Assembly (NCBI GenBank): GCA_964524025.1
Contig: CAZGBT010000001.1
Coordinates: forward strand, 1 to 57,160
DNA from: an uncultured archaeon
GTDB lineage: Archaea > Aenigmatarchaeota > Aenigmatarchaeia > CG10238-14 > EX4484-224
Length of the DNA: 57,160 nucleotides
Direction of reading: 5' to 3'
Shown here: positions 35,623 through 43,007 of the stretch, in pieces
How the letters are laid out: every line of letters begins with the position of its first letter
How positions within the stretch are numbered: position 1 is the stretch's first letter
Made by a program: the position numbers and the translations under genes
Notes under the pieces: generated by a model
Told to the model about the DNA's origin: nothing
The model's input: the letters and a program-made list of their open reading frames with translations, nothing else
Databases searched by the model: none

Positions 35623-36660
35623 ATGAAGTTTAAGCTAATTTGGTTCGATTCTTTTGGGGCAAAAAGCTCCTGCACGCTTGTAGAAACTAGGGATGTTAAA
35701 ATACTAATAGATCCTGGAGTTGCTATAATGCATAGAAGTTTTCCAGTGCCTATTTATAAAAAAGTAGCTTGGAAACTTGAAGCAAAAAGAAAGATAAAAA
35801 AAGTAGCTAGAGATGTTGATATTATAGTAATTTCTCATTACCATTGGGACCATTTTTTGCCTAAGGACTTAAAAATTTATCAAGGTAAAATACTTTTTGT
35901 TAAAAATCCTAACGAATATATCAACGATTCTCAAAGAAAAAGAGCAGAAGGATTTTATGGCAAGCTAATAAAATTTGGAAAATTGGAAAGATGCAAAAAA
36001 GTAAAATTTGAAGATCCTGCTGAAAGTTTGAGGTCTTTAAGAATAGATTTTGGGGATTACCAGAAAAGAAGAGAAGAATTAATTAAAAATGGAATAGAGT
36101 GGTTCAAGAAAAGAGTAAAAAAATGGAAATCTTACAAGATAATTCCAGAAGGAAAGTTCAAAAATTTCGAGATCTATTTTGCAGAAGGAAGGAAATTCAA
36201 GTTTGGCAAGACTACTATTAAATTTATCGGTCCCCTTTTTCATGGTATCGAATATTCAAGAGTTGGTTGGGTTTTTGCAACTTTAATTAAAGAAGGGAAA
36301 GAAAAATTGATGCATACATCAGACCTTAATGGCCCAATTATAGAAGATTATGCCGATTTAATAATTAGAGAAAAGCCAGATTATCTCATTTTAGATGGTC
36401 CTATGACTTACATGCTCGGTTATACGCTCAATCTAATAAACTTTAGAAGGGTTTTGGATAATGTAAAAAGAATTTTAAAGAAAGTTAAGCTTAAAGTTAT
36501 GATTTGGGATCATCATTTGCCTAGAGAACCCAAATTCAGAGAAAGAACAAAAGAAGTTTGGGAAGTAGCAAAGAAATTGAGAAAGAAATTGTTAACAGCA
36601 AGCGAATTCCAGCTTGGGAAGAAACCTGTTGTAGAATTAGCAAATTTCAGCATTAATTAA
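35623..36660 (+). CDS. MBL-fold metallo-hydrolase, UPF0282-like
   Basis: The N-terminus (FDSFGAKSSCTLVETRDVKILIDPGVAI) resembles archaeal UPF0282. HxHxDH-type motif (ISHYHWDHF). Confidence 0.6.
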   Translation: MKFKLIWFDSFGAKSSCTLVETRDVKILIDPGVAIMHRSFPVPIYKKVAWKLEAKRKIKKVARDVDIIVISHYHWDHFLPKDLKIYQGKILFVKNPNEYINDSQRKRAEGFYGKLIKFGKLERCKKVKFEDPAESLRSLRIDFGDYQKRREELIKNGIEWFKKRVKKWKSYKIIPEGKFKNFEIYFAEGRKFKFGKTTIKFIGPLFHGIEYSRVGWVFATLIKEGKEKLMHTSDLNGPIIEDYADLIIREKPDYLILDGPMTYMLGYTLNLINFRRVLDNVKRILKKVKLKVMIWDHHLPREPKFRERTKEVWEVAKKLRKKLLTASEFQLGKKPVVELANFSIN

Positions 36661-36833
36661 GTTTTGTGTAGAAGAATTATGAAGTTTGTAGAAGTTTTGA
36701 AAAGTAGAGGTAAGCCATTCAGTTTGATCCTGTCAAGAAAAAATTGAAAAATTGTGTAGAAAGTTTGGGAACCGCTTTTTTACATTTTTTAGTTCTTATG
36801 CATAACAAAGACAGGCTTAAAAGCTGAAGTGTA

Positions 36834-37715
36834 ATGTTTAAAAAATTATCTTTTCAAGTAAAATCGATGGTTGAATATTGGGTATTAATATTCGCAAATG
36901 TGGATAAAACCACTATTAATTTGAGAAATCCAGACCTACGTGGCATTTTAGAAGTTAGAAAAAAGGTAGCTCAATTAACGGCTGAATCTAATGTACATAT
37001 GGGCGGTGCTTTCATGACAGGAAGGGGTTTAGAAGCAGGAGAATATCATTTAGCACTTTATAAGGGTATTCTTTACAGAGTTGAAGCAGAGTATGGTGGT
37101 ATTGTTATAGAAAGGAAAGAAGATGGGTATATAAGATGGGAGTATACAGTACCTTTTTCTATTAGGCTTGAAGCGTTGAAATTGCAACAAAAGATAGTAG
37201 AACGTTGGGATAAGCCTATTGAATCTAAACAAACAATGGTAACTGTACGAGAAGAACCCAAAAAAATTGAGCAAAGTTATGAAGAATTGTTAGAATTGCT
37301 TAGATCACTTGATATAGGTTTTATCGATTTAGTAAGTGGAGAAGTTTATGGGAATAACCCACGGTGGAAAACTACACATTCAAGAACTGGTTTAGACGTA
37401 ATTCCTATGATAAGCGGAAAAGATGTTTCACTTAAGCGTGAGCTTCATTATGCTTTATCAAGTTACGGGTTAAAAGGTAAAGATGTTACTGTAATACTAA
37501 TAGGCGATTCAGTTGGTGATATACCATTCCTTAATCCACCGCTTGTTAAAAAAATATTGGAACCTTACGTAAGAGGATTGTCCATTAAATCGTATGGTGT
37601 AAATCCAACCGGACTTTTCAAGGAATATATAGAAGAAATTGGAGGAACATGTCTTTATGGGACTCCGGAAAGTTGTTTTTCAAGATGCTTGGTTTGCGAG
37701 CTAGAATCCCTTTAA
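36834..37715 (+). CDS. hypothetical protein, distantly HAD-like
   Basis: Degenerate HAD motif I (FANVDKTTI, first Asp replaced by Asn) and a motif IV-like ILIGDSVGDIPF. The true start may be the ATG at 36867. Family assignment is weak. Confidence 0.35.
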   Translation: MFKKLSFQVKSMVEYWVLIFANVDKTTINLRNPDLRGILEVRKKVAQLTAESNVHMGGAFMTGRGLEAGEYHLALYKGILYRVEAEYGGIVIERKEDGYIRWEYTVPFSIRLEALKLQQKIVERWDKPIESKQTMVTVREEPKKIEQSYEELLELLRSLDIGFIDLVSGEVYGNNPRWKTTHSRTGLDVIPMISGKDVSLKRELHYALSSYGLKGKDVTVILIGDSVGDIPFLNPPLVKKILEPYVRGLSIKSYGVNPTGLFKEYIEEIGGTCLYGTPESCFSRCLVCELESL

Positions 37716-37781
37716 TTTTCTTTAAACATTATCAAGTAAGCAGCGGTTTCACCGTGATACAATTTTATAGTAATCTGTTAA

Positions 37782-37856
37782 AGGCCCCGGCGGGATTTGA
37801 ACCCGCGACCTCCGGGTCCGAAGCCCGGCGCCCTATCCTGGCTAGGCTACGGGGCC
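37782..37856 (-). tRNA. tRNA-Arg (anticodon UCG)
   Basis: The reverse complement folds as a cloverleaf. Acceptor GGCCCCG/CGGGGCC+T, D stem GCCT/GGGC, anticodon stem-loop CCGGG-CTTCGGA-CCCGG, T arm GCGGG-TTCAAAT-CCCGC. Confidence 0.9.
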
Positions 37857-38074
37857 TAAATTTTTTGAAGTATTAAATTTTTTACTTTTTTAGGATCTAC
37901 TTTGCCCTCGCACTCTTTTGCAACCTCTCTAATTAATTTAGTTAAAGAACTTCTTATTCCAGCTTTGTATTCTAAAATTAATTTCGAATGTTTTGCTAAA
38001 ACTTTTTCAACAATTTCATTTAACTCTACAGGTTCTTCTTCGAATTTTAAAATAATTCTTTTCTTTTTACCCAT
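37856..38074 (-). CDS. small GatB/YqeY-domain-like protein
   Basis: The C-terminal part (VLAKHSKLILEYKAGIRSSLTKLIREVAKECEGKVDPKKVKNLILQKI) resembles the GatB/YqeY tail domain. The start was chosen at the ATG at 38074 (MGKKKR). Its stop codon overlaps the 5' base of tRNA-Arg. Confidence 0.45.
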   Translation of the reverse strand: MGKKKRIILKFEEEPVELNEIVEKVLAKHSKLILEYKAGIRSSLTKLIREVAKECEGKVDPKKVKNLILQKI

Positions 38075-38747
38075 AAACTTCACTTCCAACCTTTTCTCCT
38101 TTTAGCACTTTTTCTAATTCATTAGGGTTACTTCCTATAAAAATAAGTTTTATTTTACTTCTTTTGGCTATTCTTAAAGCTGACAGATCGAACAATTCAT
38201 AAGTTCCAGGTTCAGCTTTTTGGCTTTTAATTAACTCAAAAAATTCATCGTAGCTTAATTTATCGATTTTCTTTGCATCATCAAACTTTTTAGGATCTTT
38301 ATCGTAAATACCGCTTACATCGCTTATGTTAATAACTACTTTACAACCTATTGCTTCAGCAAATAATACTGAATTAAAATCTGTCGAACAGCCAGGCTGA
38401 TTACCGCAGCCTATGAAAAATGAATAGGATTGGTCAAAAGATTTAAGCAATTCGTTAACAGTCGAAATAGGCTCTGGATAACAGTTTTTAAGCGAAGAAA
38501 TCAATAATCTAGCGTTTAACCTTGTAGCTTCAATTCCTATTTTGTCTAAATCGTTTTTGTTTTGGGTAAAATTGGAGGCTAATTTAATATACTCCCTTGC
38601 AACTTTTCCGCCTCCAGTTATTATAACAAACCTAAAACCTTTTTCTGCAAAACTATCTAAAATTTCAACGTACTTCTTTAATTTTTCTGGTGATTGTAGG
38701 AATTCGTTGATTACGCTACCGCCAAGAGATATTACGAATGTTTTCAT
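38067..38747 (-). CDS. pyrH: UMP kinase (archaeal PyrH)
   Basis: Amino-acid-kinase fold motifs (FVISLGGSVI, VIITGGGKVAREY, DVSGIYDKDPKK). Confidence 0.85.
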   Translation of the reverse strand: MKTFVISLGGSVINEFLQSPEKLKKYVEILDSFAEKGFRFVIITGGGKVAREYIKLASNFTQNKNDLDKIGIEATRLNARLLISSLKNCYPEPISTVNELLKSFDQSYSFFIGCGNQPGCSTDFNSVLFAEAIGCKVVINISDVSGIYDKDPKKFDDAKKIDKLSYDEFFELIKSQKAEPGTYELFDLSALRIAKRSKIKLIFIGSNPNELEKVLKGEKVGSEVYG

Positions 38748-38782
38748 GATTATAAAGAGTTAGAGTTGAAAATAAGTTTAAG

Positions 38783-38797
38783 TATAACGGCGTTATA
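38783..38797. promoter_or_regulatory. palindrome TATAACGGCGTTATA (TATAAC-N3-GTTATA family), compact bidirectional promoter candidate
   Basis: It lies 35 nt from the pyrH start (38747, minus) and 34 nt from the trxA start (38832, plus). It has the same half-sites as the sites at 14824, 42954, 45240 and 47599. Confidence 0.5.
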
Positions 38798-38831
38798 AAG
38801 ATTAAACTTTTTCGCTTTTATTTTCTTATTA

Positions 38832-39161
38832 ATGGCAGAAGAAATTTCAGAAAAAGATTTTAAGGAAAAGGTGTTGGAAAGGAGTAAGAAAATACCTGTA
38901 ATAGTTGACTTTTGGGCACCTTGGTGTATGCCATGTGTCTTCTTAGCTCCTATTTTAGAAAATGCTGTAAAAGAGTTTAAGAATAAGGTTGTTCTCGTTA
39001 AAGTAAACGTTCAGGAAAATCCAAGGTTAGCGATGAAATACGGTATTATGTCTATTCCTAATGTTAAGATGTTTAGAAACGGAAAAGTAGTTGATGAATT
39101 TATAGGGTTACAATCTGAGGATTTTATAAAGAATTGGATAAGGAAGAATTTAAAAAGCTAA
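38832..39161 (+). CDS. trxA: thioredoxin
   Basis: Active site (DFWAPWCMPC), cis-Pro (SIPNVKMF), 109 aa. Confidence 0.9.
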   Translation: MAEEISEKDFKEKVLERSKKIPVIVDFWAPWCMPCVFLAPILENAVKEFKNKVVLVKVNVQENPRLAMKYGIMSIPNVKMFRNGKVVDEFIGLQSEDFIKNWIRKNLKS

Positions 39162-39186
39162 AAATCCTAAAAAATTGGTTTTTCCC

Positions 39187-39684
39187 TCACTGTACTTCTA
39201 TTACATATGGCTGTCTTTCTTCGAAGATCTTTTTAAGTAGTTTTGCGAGCTCTCTATCTCTCAATCTCCCTACTACCCCATCCTCTTCCAAGATTTTGTA
39301 TAAAGCTTCTGTAAGTTTCGATATGTTTCTATCAGCTTCTGATACAACTTCTTTAAATTTACTGAAAGGAATTTTTCCTTCCAATTTTTGTAGGATGGAT
39401 GATTCGACTGCTTTTCTAAGTTCCTTCCAAACGTAGTCATCAAGTTTTTCTGGTTCATTGATGTCGACTTTGTACGTTCGTTTATTTAATCTTAGAAAGA
39501 GGCCTTCATCGCCTCTATATTCAATCTCGATTGTAAGAATTGTTGGAGGAAGGTTTTTTATTAATTCCTTAAGGCTTTTGTCTTCGATGTGAAGAGCTTT
39601 ATCCCTTGTAAGCTCGTAAACTATAGTAGATTTTTCAGAAAGGTATTTTTTGTAATGATTAACTATTATTGCCATTACAGACAC
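39187..39684 (-). CDS. hypothetical protein (165 aa)
   Basis: Clean ORF with no recognised motif. An inverted repeat TTATAGT-N6-ACTATAA (39694-39713) lies 9 nt upstream of its start. Confidence 0.4.
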   Translation of the reverse strand: MSVMAIIVNHYKKYLSEKSTIVYELTRDKALHIEDKSLKELIKNLPPTILTIEIEYRGDEGLFLRLNKRTYKVDINEPEKLDDYVWKELRKAVESSILQKLEGKIPFSKFKEVVSEADRNISKLTEALYKILEEDGVVGRLRDRELAKLLKKIFEERQPYVIEVQ

Positions 39685-39802
39685 TTTATCACCTTATAGT
39701 AACTAGACTATAACTTTTTTAAAGTTTTTGTTTAACTAGTTTGGCGGTTATTCATTTTACTGAGCTTAGAAATAGATTTTTTATAATGCAAAGTAGAAAG
39801 TT

Positions 39803-40456
39803 TTAGGGATTGTCGTTAAGTAGCTTGCTTAATTTTTCACTTATTTCTTTTACAATTTTTTCTGGCGGAATGTCAACGCTTTCACATTTTATTTCTATGA
39901 ATTTTACGCCTTGTTTTCTAAGAAATTCCTTTACAGGTTTTGTCATTTCTTCGTAAATTCTAAATCTTTCTTTTATAATTTCTGGTTCATCGTCTTCCCT
40001 TCTCACCAATTTTCCTCCACAGACGTCACAAATTCCTTCAACCTTTGGCTTTAAGAACCTTAGATTATAAACCTTGCCACATTTTTCACAAACAACTCTT
40101 GAAGATAATCTTTCGACTATTACCCATTCAGGAACTAAAAGGTCTATTATGGCATCTATTTTTGTTATAGAAAGCAAAAATTTTGCTTGGTTAAGAGTTC
40201 TCGGGTATCCATCAAGAATAAAACCTTTTACTTTTTCTATTTTTTCTTTAACTACTTCATTTACTATCTCATCAGGAACAAGCTCTCCTTTTTCTACGTA
40301 TTTTTTTACTTCTTTCCCTAACTCGCTACCTTTTTTAATTTCCTCCCTGAATATATCGCCAGTTGAGATGTGCTCAATTCCAAAAATTTCTTTTAGACGA
40401 GAAGAATAAGTTCCCTTTCCAGAACCTGGAGGCCCAAAGATTATCAGTTTTAACAT
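39803..40456 (-). CDS. adk: adenylate kinase (long, zinc-lid type)
   Basis: P-loop (GPPGSGKGT), GDIFR, DGYPRT and a lid with CEKCGKVYN...CDVCGGKL. Confidence 0.9.
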   Translation of the reverse strand: MLKLIIFGPPGSGKGTYSSRLKEIFGIEHISTGDIFREEIKKGSELGKEVKKYVEKGELVPDEIVNEVVKEKIEKVKGFILDGYPRTLNQAKFLLSITKIDAIIDLLVPEWVIVERLSSRVVCEKCGKVYNLRFLKPKVEGICDVCGGKLVRREDDEPEIIKERFRIYEEMTKPVKEFLRKQGVKFIEIKCESVDIPPEKIVKEISEKLSKLLNDNP

Positions 40457-40644
40457 TAATAAAGTTTATACTTGAGCAGATTTATGGGTTATCAAATTCG
40501 TCTTTGAAAAATGGTTTGGATTATCCTGAATAAGGGTATACAGTATTTTCTGGTGTTAAATAAGAGTCTGTCTTCTCTGAATTTAGATATTGCCAAGTCG
40601 ATTAATACGGATATATAAGCTAAGTTTAAATTTAGTTTTGAGAA

Positions 40645-40744
40645 GCCGGGGTAGTTCAGCGGCAGAACGCCGGACTCATATCCAATGAGTTGCGATAGAT
40701 GAGCGAGATATCCGGAGACGGGGGTTCGAATCCCTCCCCCGGCA
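40645..40744 (+). tRNA. tRNA-Met/Ile2 (anticodon CAU, elongator-type) with a 29-nt intron at the canonical 37/38 position
   Basis: Acceptor GCCGGGG/CCCCGGC+A, D arm GTTC-AGCGGCA-GAAC. The anticodon stem CCGGA...TCCGG is restored only if 40681-40709 is removed, giving the loop CTCATAA. T arm GGGGG-TTCGAAT-CCCTC. The G1:C72 pair argues against an initiator. Confidence 0.85.
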
Positions 40745-41031
40745 TTTTAGTTTTTTGGATGTTAACAGTAAATAACCACGCTTTTTTTAGCAGAAATTAT
40801 TTATAATCAATTTTTTGGTTCGATAGGAATCAGTACTAAAGAGATGGAAAAAGTAAAACGGTTTTAACATTGAGTTTAACATAAAGGTTTTTATATTTTG
40901 TTTCACTTATTTTTATTACTGAAAAAGAATAAAAGCATAACCTAAGTATTCAACTATCTTTGAAGAGAAAAGAAAAAGAATACGAAAAACTTGTAGTTAT
41001 TTGTCTTCCTTTCTTGAGAGAATTCCCTAAA

Positions 41032-41152
41032 GGAGAGGCCGTCTCCGCTGAGAGGCGACCTCTCCGGGGAAGGGAGGTGTGGTTTTCACACCTCCCCCCA
41101 CCCCCGGCCTTAGAAAGGAAGTTGGGGGTGCAACGCACCCCCCGCCGCGGGG
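41032..41152 (+). other. array of GC-rich stem-loops forming the 5' flank/leader of the GC-rich ORF
   Basis: Hairpin A at 41032-41065 (GGAGAGG...CCTCTCC, about 13 bp, imperfect). Hairpin B at 41072-41096 (GGGAGGTGTG-gtttt-CACACCTCCC, 10 bp, perfect). Hairpin C at 41124-41142 (GGGGGTGC-aac-GCACCCCC). An overlapping hairpin D at 41139-41152 (CCCCG-ccg-CGGGG). Confidence 0.5.
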
Positions 41153-41181
41153 TCTGGGAAGGCAGGGAGAAATAGGAAGCC

Positions 41182-42909
41182 ATGTGGTGGAACTGGTGGA
41201 TAGGTGGGGTCTCCTGGGGGGTCTACGCGTTCCTCTTTACGTACTTACTGTGGCGAGATGAATGGACCGGAAGACGAAGACCGAAGAGGAGTCTCCTTGT
41301 TGGACTCCTCTTCGTCGGCGTGGGAGCAGGTGTAGGTCTGGCAGCTGCAAGAGTCCCATTGCACCTCTTCGTCATCAACGCTGTGGTACTTCCGCCAATT
41401 GTCATACTCGCTGTACTGGCTATAATAGCTGCGGTGGGCTGGTTGGGTGAACGCGGCCATGAGATGCTATCCATCGTACTGGTATCCCTCCTGATTGCCT
41501 CATCCATCCTTGGAGGATGGCTTCTTATGCGAAACATCAGATACGCCAATGCAGAGGAGTTCAAGGGGTATATCCGCTACGAGCAAGGCACGGTCGACAT
41601 CTTCCCAGAGATAGACCCTTCGCAGCTTAGGCTGACCACGGCTGAGATAGCAAAAAGCATAGCTGAGATGAAGAAGACGAGTGCTGCCAGCAAGGTATTA
41701 AGCGTCCACCTAGGTATCTACGAAGGCGAGTTGTGCTGGATAGCGACACTAAGCGAAAAACCCTATCTAGGTATGCTGATAGGGAAGTCCAACAGAGTAC
41801 GTGAGATTGTAGTAGTGCCCGTCAACGACTGCACCGGCGAGGAAGCCTTCACAGTTCCGCTGTCCACAGGGGTTGGGGAGAATCTATGGTTCGACCGGGA
41901 TATGCTTGTCTATGCTCAGTACAACTATCCATACCGTACGTTCACACGTGCATACCTAACATGGTCGCCAGAATACGACACTCTCGTCTGGATAACAACT
42001 AGCTACTATGAAAAGCCGTATGGGCCCCTCGTGGATCCAAGAGTAGAGGTATGGTCGCTCGATGGACGACTGTTAGCTCAGTACACACCGTGGGAGGCCC
42101 CTGGATGGGTTGTACAGCGTTGGGACGAGCGATGGCTCGAGAGCGTAGGAGACTCCTTTGGCGACTTCCGATGGGATGAACAAAACAACTTGAACTTCTG
42201 GAATGGCATACCTCGACCATCTGACAGATCGGCCGACCCTGACGAAGAAATGAGGTACCAACGGTGGTCTGGGGAGATAGTAGGAGTCCTTCTCTTCCAC
42301 AACAAACTAAATCCAAGTCTGCTCGAGTTCGTCGTCATAGCGCATCGAAACGGCATATACCTCTACAGCCTACACAACCTAGCTCTAATAACACCTACAG
42401 AGGCGAAGAAGGTGGCGCTTGCCGGCCTTCCTGCGTTGCCAAAGGGACGTGAGTACGCAACACCGTTAGCCCTCCTCTACCGAATAGGGAGCCACCTGTA
42501 TTATCACATCCCGGTGTTCGTTAAGGAAGGAGAACGTTACTTACCAGCATACTTCGTGCTCGTGAGAGCCACTGATAGGCGGTGCATACGGATAAGCTGC
42601 GCGGAGGTAGGAGGAATGAGGGAGGCTGTGTTAGCTGCCTACCAGGAGGTGGGCAGGATACCTAAAGTCCCGGAAGAGCGTAAGGTGACTGGTATACTAA
42701 CGCGGAAGTTGGTTTACACCAAGGAGGGCAACAGCCGGATATGGCTAGAGCTCCGGATAGGAAACGAAACGGAGTGGTTCCTGGCCAAAGCTGAAGTACT
42801 CGACGACGAGGACGTCCGCGACCTGCTCCTCGCCGAGCCTGGATGGGAGCTGGTGCTACTAGTCTCACCAGACAACGAAGTTCTCGACGTCTTGGAAGCC
42901 CATCCGTAA
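41182..42909 (+). CDS. hypothetical membrane protein (575 aa; 4 N-terminal TM helices plus a large W/Y-rich soluble domain), compositionally foreign
   Basis: It is the longest ORF in the ~60% GC island, and the other ORFs there are nested or antisense. N-terminus MWWNWWIGGVSWGVYAFLF, followed by three more hydrophobic helices. No family recognised. The C-terminal LYYHIPVFVKEGERYLPAYFVLV...REAVLAAY is only faintly reminiscent of UPF0182/COG1615. Confidence 0.6.
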   Translation: MWWNWWIGGVSWGVYAFLFTYLLWRDEWTGRRRPKRSLLVGLLFVGVGAGVGLAAARVPLHLFVINAVVLPPIVILAVLAIIAAVGWLGERGHEMLSIVLVSLLIASSILGGWLLMRNIRYANAEEFKGYIRYEQGTVDIFPEIDPSQLRLTTAEIAKSIAEMKKTSAASKVLSVHLGIYEGELCWIATLSEKPYLGMLIGKSNRVREIVVVPVNDCTGEEAFTVPLSTGVGENLWFDRDMLVYAQYNYPYRTFTRAYLTWSPEYDTLVWITTSYYEKPYGPLVDPRVEVWSLDGRLLAQYTPWEAPGWVVQRWDERWLESVGDSFGDFRWDEQNNLNFWNGIPRPSDRSADPDEEMRYQRWSGEIVGVLLFHNKLNPSLLEFVVIAHRNGIYLYSLHNLALITPTEAKKVALAGLPALPKGREYATPLALLYRIGSHLYYHIPVFVKEGERYLPAYFVLVRATDRRCIRISCAEVGGMREAVLAAYQEVGRIPKVPEERKVTGILTRKLVYTKEGNSRIWLELRIGNETEWFLAKAEVLDDEDVRDLLLAEPGWELVLLVSPDNEVLDVLEAHP

Positions 42910-42952
42910 GCACCATCCCTACGTAGACCCCCCCATTTTATTTTTTCTTTTA

Positions 42953-42969
42953 TTATAACACTGTTATAA
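42953..42969. promoter_or_regulatory. palindrome TTATAACACTGTTATAA (TATAAC-N3-GTTATA family)
   Basis: Perfect 17-bp palindrome. Its 15-bp core ends 39 nt upstream of the deoxyhypusine synthase ATG (43008). It lies about 20 bp after the right edge of the GC island. Confidence 0.5.
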
Positions 42970-43007
42970 ATTTTTAAATCGAATATAACATCCTTAATAA
43001 AAATTTA

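Noticed and set aside
36661-36790. Repeated TGTAGAA / TGTGTAGAA words in the spacer upstream of 36834
   Set aside because: There are only short (7-9 nt) direct repeats, with irregular spacing, in an AT-rich spacer. This is compatible with chance or with an ordinary promoter, and no structure or ORF is supported.
40950-42916. About a dozen overlapping ORFs on both strands within the GC island (40950-41183, 40960-41175, 41079-41261, 41223-41564, 41999-42356, 42662-42916 and others)
   Set aside because: High GC removes stop codons in all frames. These ORFs are nested in or antisense to the 575-aa ORF, or cover the hairpin array. They have Arg/Pro/Ser/Gly-rich junk-like translations.
41216-42934. 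12-nt inverted match GGGGGGTCTACG (41216-41227) versus CGTAGACCCCCC (42923-42934) near the two ends of the island
   Set aside because: The left copy lies inside the ORF (codons 12-15) rather than at the compositional boundary. The sequence is low-complexity G/C, and the right copy overlaps a self-palindrome (CTACGTAG). This is insufficient to call terminal inverted repeats.
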